In this document: one piece after another, positions 1-9,611 of the stretch
Layout of the letters: each line of letters opens with the position of its first letter
Numbering within the stretch: the first letter of the stretch is position 1
Source of the DNA: Labilithrix sp.
Lineage (GTDB): Bacteria > Myxococcota_A > Polyangia > Polyangiales > Polyangiaceae
Assembly: GCA_026128965.1 (NCBI GenBank)
Contig: JAHCIY010000002.1
Location: forward strand, 1,640,108-1,704,107
Direction: 5' to 3'
DNA: 64,000 nt
Made by a program: the position numbers and the translations under genes
The notes under the pieces: model-generated
The model's database searches: none
What the model was told of the DNA's origin: nothing
The model's input: the letters and a program-made list of their open reading frames with translations, nothing else

Positions 1-2
1 CC

Positions 3-854
3 CGCGCGCTGATCGCCAATCTGTCCGCGCGCTCCGACGTCGAGCTGCACCTCTCGCACGAGGTCCGCGGTCTCCGCCGCGACGGCAAGACGTGGTGCGT
101 CGACGTCCACGACCTCGCGACCGGCGCCGAGCGCACCGTCCGCGCGAAGTTCGTATTCATCGGCGCCGGCGGATATTCGCTTTCGCTCCTGGAGCAAAGT
201 GGCATTCCGGAGGCGGCGGGTTATGGCGCGTTCCCTGTTAGTGGGCAATGGCTGAAATGCACGAACCGCGCCGTCGTCGCACGGCATCACGCGAAGGTCT
301 ATGGATGTGCGGAGGTCGGCGCCCCGCCGATGTCGGTGCCGCACCTCGACTCGCGATGGATCGGCGGCGAGCAGGAGCTCCTCTTCGGGCCGTACGCCGG
401 GTTCACGACGAAGTTCCTGAAGCAGGGCTCGTGGCTCGACTTGCTCCGCTCGGTCGGCGTCCACAACGTCGGCGCGGTGATGAGCGCGGGGCTCGAGAAC
501 CTCGATCTCACGCGTTACCTCGTGGGGCAGGCGATGCTCTCGGTCGAAGAGCGGATGGCGCTCCTGCGTCGCTACTACCCCGCGGCGGCGGACGACGACT
601 GGGAGCTCCAGATCGCGGGCCTCCGCGTCCAGATCATCAAGGCGACCGGCGACGGCCGCGGCGAGCTGAAGTTCGGCACCGAGGTCGTCACCGCCGCCGA
701 CGGCTCGATCGCGGCCCTCCTCGGCGCGTCCCCCGGCGCCTCGACCGCGGTCGCGATCATGCTCGACCTCCTCGCGCGCTGCTTCCCCGATCGCTGGAGG
801 TCCGAGGCCTGGCGGACGCGCCTCGCGGCGGTGCTGCCGTCCCGCGTCACGTAG
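3..854 (+). CDS. mqo: malate:quinone oxidoreductase, 3' portion (5' end lies outside the window)
   Basis: The frame is open from nt 3 and reads ...FVFIGAGGYSLSLLEQSGIPEAAGYGAFPVSGQWLKCTN...LLFGPYAGFTTKFLKQGSWLDL..., which is the characteristic Mqo C-terminal region. GC3 is high. Confidence 0.85.
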   Translation, partial: RALIANLSARSDVELHLSHEVRGLRRDGKTWCVDVHDLATGAERTVRAKFVFIGAGGYSLSLLEQSGIPEAAGYGAFPVSGQWLKCTNRAVVARHHAKVYGCAEVGAPPMSVPHLDSRWIGGEQELLFGPYAGFTTKFLKQGSWLDLLRSVGVHNVGAVMSAGLENLDLTRYLVGQAMLSVEERMALLRRYYPAAADDDWELQIAGLRVQIIKATGDGRGELKFGTEVVTAADGSIAALLGASPGASTAVAIMLDLLARCFPDRWRSEAWRTRLAAVLPSRVT

Positions 855-888
855 TATGTACGACAGGAGCGCGCCGGTACGTGCTAGG

Positions 889-1390
889 GATGGCGTTCGT
901 GTACCGTGGCTCCCACCGCAACGGTAAACGCGTCGCGATCGAAGGTCCTTCACGCCGACCTGTGACTGCCGTGGCTGGCAATCTGAGGACGGCTCGGGTC
1001 GCGGGGGGGCTCATTTTTGCGCTGCTCGCTTCAGTGAGTCTCGTCCCCGCGTGTGCGGATGATAGAACCTTCACTTTCGTTGGGAAAGCGGGAGGAGCGT
1101 GTCAATCTTGCGATCCACAATGCTCTCCCGACTTAGTATTCGGCAATGATGATAGTAAGTGCGTCTGCGAGTCGTGCATCAGGTACGGCTACGATCCCGA
1201 CGCGAGAATCATGTTGCTGTGCGCGGAGTCGATCTGGCGCATTGCAGCCTGCTGTCCTGGTGGTGTCTCGGCGTCGTGCTCGGACGGTCGCGAGGTGCTT
1301 CGCTGCTTGAATGCGTCCGGACAGGAAGTGCCGGCCGCCGAGTTTGGTCAAACATGCCAGCGGATTCCTAATGCGGGGTGTTCCTGTTAG
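889..1390 (+). CDS. Cys-rich secreted lipoprotein (about 16 Cys), hypothetical
   Basis: Signal peptide with lipobox ...LIFALLASVSLVPAC, then a C-rich module (CQSCDPQC, CVCESC, AACC). The alternative start GTG 962 gives a cleaner signal peptide. Local GC is lower than the window average. Confidence 0.4.
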
Positions 1391-1515
1391 CGGTCGGAGG
1401 TGCATGCGTGGTTGGTCTCTCTTCGCTGTCGGAGCGAGTACGTGCGCGCTCGTCGCATCGTTCGTCCGAGGCGAACGGCGCGAGAGCCGAGCGGGAGCGG
1501 CGCCGCCGACTCCGA

Positions 1516-1683
1516 TCTGGTGCCCCGCTGTTTGGGGTCTTGGTCGCGGATGGTAGGCAGGGTGCGATTGCAATGACCGCCGCGCACTGCCTTGTCTCCG
1601 AGGCTCCTCTCGTGGTCTCACGCGCAGGGGGCTTACCGTCCAGTGTGCAACGCCGATGGATCCATCCTCGATTCAAGAGCTGC
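1516..1683 (+). pseudogene. remnant of a trypsin-like serine protease (His-box region only)
   Basis: The frame encodes ...SGAPLFGVLVADGRQGAIAMTAAHCLV...RRWIHPRF, matching the CGG..VLTAAHC / v..HP.y region of S1 proteases. No Asp or GDSGG parts follow. It overlaps the next gene on the opposite strand and sits in a lower-GC patch. Confidence 0.3.
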
Positions 1684-1852
1684 GGGGGAGAGCCCGCCAG
1701 CGCAACGGTCGCAGCTCCCGACGCCGCGATGGATGGATCCGCGCCGATGAGCGTCGTCGAGGCTGGAGCGACTGGCGGCTTGGACGCCGACGCTGGAGAT
1801 CGCGGGCGACTTGACCCGGTATGCGAAGAGGTACGGGCGAGCGGCGAGCGTG

Positions 1853-2512
1853 TCATCGCTTCGTCCCGAGGAAGAGGACGTGGCGCGCGCGGGAGCCGGG
1901 GTGCACCGGGACGCGGACCACCTCGGTCGCGAAGCCGGCCTTCGCGAGGCGCGCGGCGTAGGCGTCGCTCGGGCCCGCCGACCAGACGCCGAGCACGCCG
2001 CCGGCGGCGAGCGCGTCGCGGCACGCTCGCACGCCGCGGTCGGTGTAGAGGCGCCGGTTCTCCGCTTGCGAGAGCGCCTCCGGGCCGTTGTCGACGTCGA
2101 GGACGACGACGTCGAAGGCGGCGCGCGCGCTCGCGAGCACGTCGAGGACGTCGCCGGTGACGACCTCGACGCGCGGATCGTCGAGCGCGCCGGCGTGGAC
2201 CGCGGCGAGGTGGCCGCGGTTCCACGCGACGAGCTCCGGCACGAGCTCGGCCACGACGACGCGCGCGCTCGCGGGGAGGCGATCGAGCGCGGCGCGGAGC
2301 GTGAAGCCGAGCCCGAGGCCGCCGATCAGCACGCGCCGCGGTGAGGCGGCGCGCGCGATCGCTCGAGCGGCGAGCTCGATCTCGGACTGGTGGGTCCGGC
2401 TCGACATGAGCGTGCGGCCGTCGACGCGCACGACCCACTCGTCGCCGCGCCGCGCGAGGACGAAGTCGTGCGCTCCGATCCGCGCGCGTTCGACCGTGAC
2501 CCATTCCACCAT
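1853..2512 (-). CDS. spermidine-synthase-like (polyamine aminopropyltransferase fold) protein
   Basis: ...VLIGGLGLGFTLRAALD...VVVAELVPELV...VVTGDVLDVL...FDVVVLDVDNGPE...LYT... is a typical SpeE-like Rossmann arrangement. Confidence 0.7.
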   Translation of the reverse strand: MVEWVTVERARIGAHDFVLARRGDEWVVRVDGRTLMSSRTHQSEIELAARAIARAASPRRVLIGGLGLGFTLRAALDRLPASARVVVAELVPELVAWNRGHLAAVHAGALDDPRVEVVTGDVLDVLASARAAFDVVVLDVDNGPEALSQAENRRLYTDRGVRACRDALAAGGVLGVWSAGPSDAYAARLAKAGFATEVVRVPVHPGSRARHVLFLGTKR

Positions 2513-2535
2513 CGAGGAGGCGGGTCGATGTTACG

Positions 2536-2949
2536 TCACTTCGCGGCGGTCCAGGTCGCCGCGCCGACGAGCTTCTCCTCGTCGTCGACCTTCGCGTAGA
2601 GCTCGACCTCGATCTCCGTCCCGGCCGCGTCGGCGCCGAGCACGTTCGTCGCGCCCTCGGTGCAGACGAGGGAGTCGCCCTTGTCGAGCTTGGCGTTCGA
2701 GTTGGCGTCGGTCGTCGTGCACGACACGGTGAGCGCGTCCTTGCCGTCGCGGAGCGCCTTCACGGTGAGGCCGTCGAGCGCGTAGCCCTCCTCCGGCGCG
2801 TCGTCGACCTTCACCGTGAAGAGCGCGTCGTTGGGGTTGTCGGTCGGCGGCGTCGTCGCCGCCTCCACCGTGATCTCGCCGTCGCCGGCGGAGCAGCCGG
2901 TGACGAGGGCGAACGAGGCGAGCAATGCGAAGAAGACGGTCTTGGTCAT
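2536..2949 (-). CDS. small lipoprotein, hypothetical
   Basis: MTKTVFFALLASFALVTGC lipobox signal. High GC3. Confidence 0.65.
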   Translation of the reverse strand: MTKTVFFALLASFALVTGCSAGDGEITVEAATTPPTDNPNDALFTVKVDDAPEEGYALDGLTVKALRDGKDALTVSCTTTDANSNAKLDKGDSLVCTEGATNVLGADAAGTEIEVELYAKVDDEEKLVGAATWTAAK

Positions 2950-2978
2950 GATGTTCTCCAGTCTCGAGTCGAAAGGGA

Positions 2979-2992
2979 GCGGGACGTCCCGC
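2979..2992. promoter_or_regulatory. perfect 14-nt palindrome GCGGGACGTCCCGC in a divergent intergenic region
   Basis: Seen directly. It lies between the divergent starts of the lipoprotein gene (2949, minus) and the FHA gene (3065, plus). Confidence 0.35.
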
Positions 2993-3064
2993 CGGGAATC
3001 ACCATGCGACGGCGGCGCCTGACACGCGACTGGCTCGAAATGACATCTCGGATACGCTCACGGC

Positions 3065-3946
3065 GTGTTTCGCATCACGGTCGAGGACCGTCGCGGCCCG
3101 CGGACCTTCACCTTCGTGAAGGACGCCGTCACGATCGGGCGCGCGCCGGAGCGTGACCTCGTCCTCGAGATCGACCGCGTCTCGCGGCTTCACGCCGAGG
3201 TCCGCTTCGATCGCGCGCGCGGCGCGGTGCTGCTCGAGGACCGCTCCGCCAACGGGGTGTGGCGCGGGGACGAGCGCGTCGAGGGCCCGTACGTGGTCCG
3301 CCCCGACGACTGGCTCACGATCGGCAGCGTGCGGATCCGCGTCCAGCACGACGACTACGAGCTCGGAGGCGTCGCGGCGCCGGAGGAGCAGGCGTTCCTC
3401 GCCGCGCTCCTCGCCGATCCGCGCGACGACGAGACGCGGCTCGTCTACGCCGACTGGCTCGAGGAGCACGGCAAGACCGCGCACGCCGAGTTCCTCCGCA
3501 CCCAGGTCGCCGCGCGCGGGAAGAGGAAGGACGGTCCCTCCGCCGCGGAAGGCTTCGCGGAGGCGAGCGCGCGGCTCGCGGAGCTCGCGCCGCTCGTCGA
3601 GGTCGCGTGGCGGGCGCGCGTCGCGATGGCGGCGGTCCAGGCGTGCGGCGAGCAAGCGACCGGTCGCCCCGGCCGCGTCGCGTTCGAGCTGGAGTGCACC
3701 CAGCGCTGGGACGACATGGTGCCGACCGAGATCGAAGGGATCCGCCGTTGCACCGCGTGCCGAAAGGACGTCGCGTACGTCACGACGCTCGAGCAGGCGT
3801 ACGGCTGGGCGGAGGAGGGCGGCTGCGTCGCCGTCGACGCCGGGATCTCGCGGACGGCGGCCGGCGTCGACGTCCCCCTCGCGTCCCTCCGCGGTCGCCT
3901 CGCGCCAAACGTCGCGTCTCGCGGCACGAAGCGCCTCTCGTTCTGA
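3065..3946 (+). CDS. FHA-domain protein fused to a TIGR02996-type repeat-companion domain
   Basis: N-terminal FHA signature (TIGRAPERDLVLEIDRVSRLHAEV...ANGVWRGDERV). LVYADWLEEHG...AEFLR is the hallmark of the TIGR02996 domain. GTG start. Confidence 0.75.
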   Translation: MFRITVEDRRGPRTFTFVKDAVTIGRAPERDLVLEIDRVSRLHAEVRFDRARGAVLLEDRSANGVWRGDERVEGPYVVRPDDWLTIGSVRIRVQHDDYELGGVAAPEEQAFLAALLADPRDDETRLVYADWLEEHGKTAHAEFLRTQVAARGKRKDGPSAAEGFAEASARLAELAPLVEVAWRARVAMAAVQACGEQATGRPGRVAFELECTQRWDDMVPTEIEGIRRCTACRKDVAYVTTLEQAYGWAEEGGCVAVDAGISRTAAGVDVPLASLRGRLAPNVASRGTKRLSF

Positions 3947-4149
3947 GCGCCTCTCGTTCTGAGCGGCACGCGCGCTGCAGCTCCACGTCGCGTGGCCGAT
4001 CGAGCGCGCGCGGCTCGACTCGTTCGTCCGCTACCGGCGCTGTCGGCCATGTGGCTTCTCTCCTTATGGCGCGCTCGGCGCGCACCGTTCAGCTCGGCCT
4101 CCGTCACTCCGTGCATCGACGCGGGAGTGATGTGTAGGCGCTGCGAGGC

Positions 4150-5193
4150 TCATGCCGCGGCGCGGGTCCAGCGCGTGCGGCTCTGGAGGAGCTCGATGAT
4201 CTCCGCCTCCGATTTCTCGGCGCCGTCGAGCTTCACGTAGCGGCGCGCGAGCCAGTCGTAGCGCTTCAGCATCAGGAACATCCACACGATGAAGAAGTCG
4301 ATGCCGTCGAAGACGACCGCGCCTTCCTTCGCGTAGGTCGCGAGGTTCTTCGTGAAGTCCTCCGGCATCTCGGTCCAGTGCCGGGTCTGCTTCACGTGGT
4401 GTCCGATGTGATAGCCGTCGTTGAAGCAGCGCCGGTTGTAGCCCGTGTTGATGCAGGTGATGCTGTTCCGATAACAGTTCTCCGGCGCGGCTTCGTCGAC
4501 GAACGCGTGCTGCCCCCAGTTCCCGCACATCATGAGGAACCGCGTCGAGACGTAGGGGACGACGAGCACGGCGACGACGGCGCGCCAGTCCGTGAAGTAT
4601 GCGAGCGCGCCGGTGACGGCGAAGAACAAGAGCTCGCCGGCGAGGCTCTTCACCACGAGCGAGCGCCGGTTCTTCCGCAGGAAGTAGCGGGGGAGCTCGA
4701 CGATGACGCCGAAGAAGAAGCGGAGGAAGTAGCGAACGAAGCCGCGGACGGAGTCGCGGCGGTAGGGGAGGGTCGAGCTGAGGTCCTCCTCCATGTTGTT
4801 CTCGGGGTGGTGCATCCCGACGTGATGGGCGAAGTACGTGTCCGGCGTCTCGCCGAAGAAGGGCCCGAGGAACCACGGGATGAAGTGGTTCAGGCGCTCC
4901 CACTTCTTCTTGAAGAGCTTCCGGTGGCTCGTGTTGTGGAGCATCAGGATGTACGGCCCGAGGAACCAGAACACGAGGACGAGGTGCACCGCCGCGTGCC
5001 ACCAGCGGAAGCCGCTCACGATCATGAAGACGCCGCTCGGCACGACCGTCAGCAGGAGCGTCGCGATCAGCTTGAGGAACGGCGTGTCCCGTACGTCGTT
5101 GATGAAGACGAGAGAGGCGCGGTGGAACGCGTTCGGCTCGCTCGTGGTCCAGGTCGGATCGGTGAGGCTGACCTGCTGCATCGGGTGCGGCAA
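4150..5193 (-). CDS. membrane fatty-acid desaturase family protein
   Basis: Three His boxes (HNTSHRKLF, HHVGMHH, HIGHH) and multiple transmembrane segments. Confidence 0.85.
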   Translation of the reverse strand: MPHPMQQVSLTDPTWTTSEPNAFHRASLVFINDVRDTPFLKLIATLLLTVVPSGVFMIVSGFRWWHAAVHLVLVFWFLGPYILMLHNTSHRKLFKKKWERLNHFIPWFLGPFFGETPDTYFAHHVGMHHPENNMEEDLSSTLPYRRDSVRGFVRYFLRFFFGVIVELPRYFLRKNRRSLVVKSLAGELLFFAVTGALAYFTDWRAVVAVLVVPYVSTRFLMMCGNWGQHAFVDEAAPENCYRNSITCINTGYNRRCFNDGYHIGHHVKQTRHWTEMPEDFTKNLATYAKEGAVVFDGIDFFIVWMFLMLKRYDWLARRYVKLDGAEKSEAEIIELLQSRTRWTRAAA

Positions 5194-5259
5194 CCTAGCA
5201 CGCCAGCCCGGCGGTTCGAAGGAGAAGACGCGCCCCGAGAGCCGCGACTCACGAGCGGG

Positions 5260-5691
5260 CTACTTGACGAGGAGCTGCGCGACCGCGGCGACGTAGAGCG
5301 AGAAGCCGGCGATGAAGAGGGCGGTCGCGGCGCGGAGGAACCGCGACTTGTGGTTCCGGATCTGGATCGCGGTGCGGAGCGTCTCGAGCACGTCGTCGCG
5401 CAGCATCTGGGTCAGCCACTTCAGCCGCAGCACACCCCACATCGCGCACGCGGCGGCGGCGAGCACCAAGGTCAGGCCGCTCGCGATGCAGCCGCGCGCG
5501 AGCGCGCCCGTGTCGGCGATCGCGCGGCCGGAGAAGCCGGTGACGGTGATGACGATGCCGCTCAGCGAGAGCATCACCTGCGTGCGGAGCACGAGCACCG
5601 CGAGCTGCGCCTCGACCTTCTCGAAGGCCTTCAGCTTGTCACCGTCGCAGAGCGCGAGGATCGCGCGCGCTTCGTCGTTCTCGTCGCTCAT
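5260..5691 (-). CDS. hypothetical integral membrane protein
   Basis: 143 aa with 3-4 hydrophobic helices. High GC3. Lies between selO and the desaturase gene on the same strand. Confidence 0.5.
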   Translation of the reverse strand: MSDENDEARAILALCDGDKLKAFEKVEAQLAVLVLRTQVMLSLSGIVITVTGFSGRAIADTGALARGCIASGLTLVLAAAACAMWGVLRLKWLTQMLRDDVLETLRTAIQIRNHKSRFLRAATALFIAGFSLYVAAVAQLLVK

Positions 5692-5697
5692 CGAGGG

Positions 5698-7143
5698 TCA
5701 GGTCCCACAGAAAGTGCGGTAGTCGTGCTGCTCGGGGCCGGGCGGCTCCGCCAAGTCGGCGTTCTCGGGTTGATCGTCATGAGGTCGCGCGAGGACCGCG
5801 TTCAGGCGCTCGAACGGCGCGTAGTTGCCATTGTTCGCGGCGGCGATCATCTCCTCGATACGGTGGTTGCGCGGAATGAAAGCGGGATTCGCGCGCCGCA
5901 TCGATTCGGCGCGCGCGGAGGGAGAGACATCCTCCTTCGCGGTGCGCCGCCGCCACGCCTCGGCCCAGTCGTGGAACGCGCCGGGATTGGCAAATAGCTT
6001 CGCGGCGGCGTCGGCGTCCTCGCCGAGGCGCCGGAAAAATAGCGTGAAGTCGACCTCGTTCGTGGCCATTCGCTCGAAGAGGTCGTTCGCGAGCGCGCGG
6101 TCGCCGTCCTCTTCGGTGTGGAGGCCGAGCTTCGCGCGGAGCACGCGCGCGTACGCGGCGTCGAACGCGTCGGCGAAGCGGTTCAGCTCGCCGGTCGCGA
6201 GGTGGACCTGCTCCTCTTCGCTCTCGGCGAGGAGCGGGAGCAGCGTCTCGGCGAGGCGCGCGAGGTTCCACTGCATGATCTTGGGCTGCACCGCGAAGTG
6301 GTAGCGGCCGCCGCGGTCGATCGAGCTGAACTTGCGGCGCGGGTGGTAGATGTCGAGGAACGCGCACGGGCCGTAGTCGATCGTCTCGCCCGAGATCGAC
6401 GTGTTGTCGGTGTTCATCACGCCGTGGATGAAGCCGACGCCGAGCCAGCGCGCGACGAGGTGGGCCTGCGCGTCGATCACCTGCTGGAGGAGGACGAGCG
6501 CGGGCGGCGCGTCGCCGGCGGCCGCGAGCGCGGCGGGGTAGTGGCGCGCGAGCGCATAGGAGACGAGCGCCGCGATCGCCTCGCCGTCCTCGCGCGCGGC
6601 GAAGTACTCGAAGGTGCCGACGCGGAGGTGGCTCGCGGCGACGCGGGTGAGCACGGCGCCCTGGAGGAGCTCTTCGCGCGCGACGGGCTCGCCCGTCGTC
6701 ACCGCGGCGAGCGCGCGCGTGGTGGGGACTCCGAGCGCGTGCATCGCCTCGCTGACGACGTACTCGCGGAGCACGGGGCCGAGCGCGGCGCGTCCGTCGC
6801 CGCCGCGCGAGAACGGCGTGCGGCCCGCGCCCTTGAGCTGGACGTCGCGCCGCCTGCCGTCCTTGCCGACGACCTCGCCGAGCAAGATCGCGCGGCCGTC
6901 GCCGAGCTGGGGCACGAAGTTGCCGAACTGGTGACCCGCGTACGCGAGCGCGATCGGGTCGGCGCCCTCGGGCACGCGGTTGCCGGAGAGCGTCTCCGCG
7001 TCGAGCTCGTCCGCGGGGACGCCGAGCTCCTCCGCGAGCGCGCGGTTCACCTCGATGAGCGCGGGCGCGCGGACGCGGGCGGGCGCGACCTTGGCGAAGA
7101 AGCGCGCCGGCAGCCGCGCGTACGAGTTGTCGAAGGCGATCAT
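5698..7143 (-). CDS. selO: protein adenylyltransferase SelO (YdiU/UPF0061 family)
   Basis: 481 aa. ...HQFGNFVPQLGDGRAILLGE...GAGRTPFSRGGDGRA...GVMNTDNTSISGETIDYGPCAF... is characteristic of SelO. Confidence 0.9.
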   Translation of the reverse strand: MIAFDNSYARLPARFFAKVAPARVRAPALIEVNRALAEELGVPADELDAETLSGNRVPEGADPIALAYAGHQFGNFVPQLGDGRAILLGEVVGKDGRRRDVQLKGAGRTPFSRGGDGRAALGPVLREYVVSEAMHALGVPTTRALAAVTTGEPVAREELLQGAVLTRVAASHLRVGTFEYFAAREDGEAIAALVSYALARHYPAALAAAGDAPPALVLLQQVIDAQAHLVARWLGVGFIHGVMNTDNTSISGETIDYGPCAFLDIYHPRRKFSSIDRGGRYHFAVQPKIMQWNLARLAETLLPLLAESEEEQVHLATGELNRFADAFDAAYARVLRAKLGLHTEEDGDRALANDLFERMATNEVDFTLFFRRLGEDADAAAKLFANPGAFHDWAEAWRRRTAKEDVSPSARAESMRRANPAFIPRNHRIEEMIAAANNGNYAPFERLNAVLARPHDDQPENADLAEPPGPEQHDYRTFCGT

Positions 7144-7155
7144 GCGCGTGGCAGC

Positions 7156-8745
7156 TTAGCGCGCGGCGCGGTCTTTGAAGGCCGGCGGACGATCGGCGTC
7201 GGCGACCCTACGGCCGACCTCGAAGAGGAGCGCTACGTCCTCCGCCGCGCCGGCGAGGTCCCAGTCGTCGTGGATCACGTCGTCCGGCTGGTGGTACATG
7301 CGCGCGACGTATTCGGCGCGTTTCTTCGCGCCGAAGTCGGGCGGCTTACCGATCCACTCCGCGCCGGGGTGCAAGAAGGAGAGCGCGGGGACGCCCGTCT
7401 TCACGAGCTCGTAGTGGTCGGAGCGGAAGTAGTAGCCCTTCTCCGGCTCGGGATCGGGGACGACGCGCCGGCCTTGCTTCGCGGCCTCTTCGCGGAGCGG
7501 CTCATCCATCGTCGTCTCGCCGTCGCCGACGCTGACGATCGCGCGCGTTTTGCCCCACGGGTTCATGATGTCCATGTTGATGTCGGCGACGACGCGGTCG
7601 TGCGGCTGCGACGCGTAGTGCTTCGAGCCGAGCAGCCCTTGCTCCTCGGCGGTGAACGCGGCGAAGACGATCGAGCGGCGCGGTGCGCGCGGGAGCTCAC
7701 GGTAGAGGCGCGCCGTCTCGAGGAGCCACGCGACGCCGGAGGCGTTGTCGAGCGCGCCGTGGAACACGCCCTCCGCGCTCTTGCCGAAGTGATCCCAGTG
7801 CGCGCTGTACATGACGTGCTCGTCGCGGAGGCGCGGATCGGAGCCGGGGAGCTTCGCGACGACGTTGCGCGACACGAGCTCGCGCGCGGTGAGGCGCACC
7901 TCGAGGTCGGCGCGCGCGGCGCGGATCGGCGCGGGGCGGAACGCGCGATCGAGGGCGGAGGCCTTCGCGCGATCGAAGTCCTCGAAGAGCTCTCGCGCGC
8001 GACTCTCGTGGATCCAGCCTTCGATCGGCACGTGCGCGGCGCGCGCTTCGGCGGTCGCGATCTCGTAGCGCTCGTGCGTGGCGCCGCCGGCGACGACGTT
8101 CCAGCCGTACCCGGCGGGGCCGGTCTCGTGCACGATGAGCGCGGCGGCGGCGCCCTTCTTCGCCGCGATCTCGTACTTGTAGCGCCAGCGGCCGTAGTAG
8201 GTCATCGCGCGTCCGCGGAAGGTCGCGTCGTCGAGGCGGGTCGGGTCCTTCGGATCGGGGACGGGCGGATCGCCGACGAGGAACACCGCCGTCTTGCCGC
8301 GGAGGTCGACGTCCTTGAAGTCGTCCCACGCATGCTCGGGCGCGACGACGCCGTAGCCGACGAACACGAGCTCCGAGCGCTCGAGGTGGACGTCCGGGCT
8401 CGTGCCGTACGACCACGCGACGAAGTCCTCGCCGCTCCGCCACGCCTTGCCGTCGATCGCGAGGGACGCCCGCGACCCGATCGCGACGAGCGGCACCGGC
8501 TGCACCTCCGGCGCGAGGCGCAGCTTCCGCAGCTCGTCCTGGAGATACGCGATCGTGAGCTCCTCGCCCCGCGTCCCCGGCGCGCGGCCTTCGAAGCGAT
8601 CGGAGGAGAGGACCCGCACGTGCTCGACGAGGCGCGGCGCGATCGCGACCCACGGCGGCGCCGCCGCGGCGGGCGCGCGGGGCGGCGCGCTGCACGCGAC
8701 CGCGGCGGCGAGGAGGAACCAGAGAGTAGAGCGTCGACGCGGCAT
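7156..8745 (-). CDS. M28-family aminopeptidase with PA domain, secreted
   Basis: HWDHFG...GALDNASGVAWLLE and EEQGLLGS metal-binding motifs. Signal peptide MPRRRSTLWFLLAAAVACS. Start chosen at ATG 8745 rather than the upstream ATG 8772. Confidence 0.8.
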   Translation of the reverse strand: MPRRRSTLWFLLAAAVACSAPPRAPAAAAPPWVAIAPRLVEHVRVLSSDRFEGRAPGTRGEELTIAYLQDELRKLRLAPEVQPVPLVAIGSRASLAIDGKAWRSGEDFVAWSYGTSPDVHLERSELVFVGYGVVAPEHAWDDFKDVDLRGKTAVFLVGDPPVPDPKDPTRLDDATFRGRAMTYYGRWRYKYEIAAKKGAAAALIVHETGPAGYGWNVVAGGATHERYEIATAEARAAHVPIEGWIHESRARELFEDFDRAKASALDRAFRPAPIRAARADLEVRLTARELVSRNVVAKLPGSDPRLRDEHVMYSAHWDHFGKSAEGVFHGALDNASGVAWLLETARLYRELPRAPRRSIVFAAFTAEEQGLLGSKHYASQPHDRVVADINMDIMNPWGKTRAIVSVGDGETTMDEPLREEAAKQGRRVVPDPEPEKGYYFRSDHYELVKTGVPALSFLHPGAEWIGKPPDFGAKKRAEYVARMYHQPDDVIHDDWDLAGAAEDVALLFEVGRRVADADRPPAFKDRAAR

Positions 8746-8844
8746 GACGGGCGGAGCCGAGCAGGGTAGCACCGCAGCGCGCGCTCACCGCCGGGCCCTC
8801 CGGCGCGAGGCCTGTTCCGCGCGAACGATGATACGTTCGCTGGG

Positions 8845-9528
8845 ATGCGGACGTCGCGGGCGTTTCTCGTCGTCGCGGCGATCTCGTGCGGCGGCTCGCG
8901 TCCTCCTCCGGAGCCGCAGTCGATCCGCGTCGGAGCCGCGACGGGGGCGTCGATCCCCGCGCCTCCGCCGGCGGCGCCGCCGTGCGATCCGCTCCTCGCG
9001 ACGACGCTTCAGCGCATCACGAAGAGCCCCTACGCGTTCGATCGAGAGCCGTTCCGCCCGACGGTGCCGGAGCTCGGCCTGCAAGGTGAGGTCATCGACG
9101 GCTTCACGTACACGACCCACGACGCCGTCCTCACCGATGCGAAAGGGCGCGCGACGCGGGCGGAGGTCTTTGCGCTCGTCGTGACGCGCTGGGACGGCGC
9201 CACGACGACGACAGCGGAGGAGAAGCTCCAGCTCGAGAACACGATCGAGCTCCAGAAACGGCATCCGAAGATCGCGCTCCCCGGCGGACGAACGGCGGGC
9301 ATGGTCCACCTCCCTGGCGTGATCTTCGTCGACATGCCGCGCGCCGACGGCAAGACGTGGCTCCGCCTCATGTGGTTCGGGATCCCTCGCGAAGCGAAGG
9401 AGCCTCCGGAGCTGACCGCGTGGCTCGAGCCGTACACCGCCGACTTCTACGGCCCGACCGGCGGTCCCGGGGCGGCGGTGGAGTGGCGTCGCGTCGTGAG
9501 CGAGCTCGACGCGTGCGTGCCGCGCTGA
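8845..9528 (+). CDS. lipoprotein, hypothetical
   Basis: Signal peptide (FLVVAAISCG). Diverse amino-acid composition. High GC3. Confidence 0.6.
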   Translation: MRTSRAFLVVAAISCGGSRPPPEPQSIRVGAATGASIPAPPPAAPPCDPLLATTLQRITKSPYAFDREPFRPTVPELGLQGEVIDGFTYTTHDAVLTDAKGRATRAEVFALVVTRWDGATTTTAEEKLQLENTIELQKRHPKIALPGGRTAGMVHLPGVIFVDMPRADGKTWLRLMWFGIPREAKEPPELTAWLEPYTADFYGPTGGPGAAVEWRRVVSELDACVPR

Positions 9529-9611
9529 TCGGAGCGCATCCCACCTTGGCGCCTCATGGTTCGGGCGTAGCGCGCTGAGCGCCGCGTGGCTCCTCGCGTT
9601 CGTCGTGAGCG

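Noticed and set aside
1378-2160. Calling ORF 1378..2160 an active serine protease
   Set aside because: Only the His-box region is recognisable. Downstream sequence degenerates into Arg-rich text and overlaps a well-supported convergent gene.
1368-2504. 378-aa minus-strand ORF overlapping the trypsin-like fragment and the spermidine-synthase-like gene
   Set aside because: Arg/Pro-rich junk composition. The same-strand 219-aa ORF in another frame (1853..2512) has a convincing SpeE-like fold.
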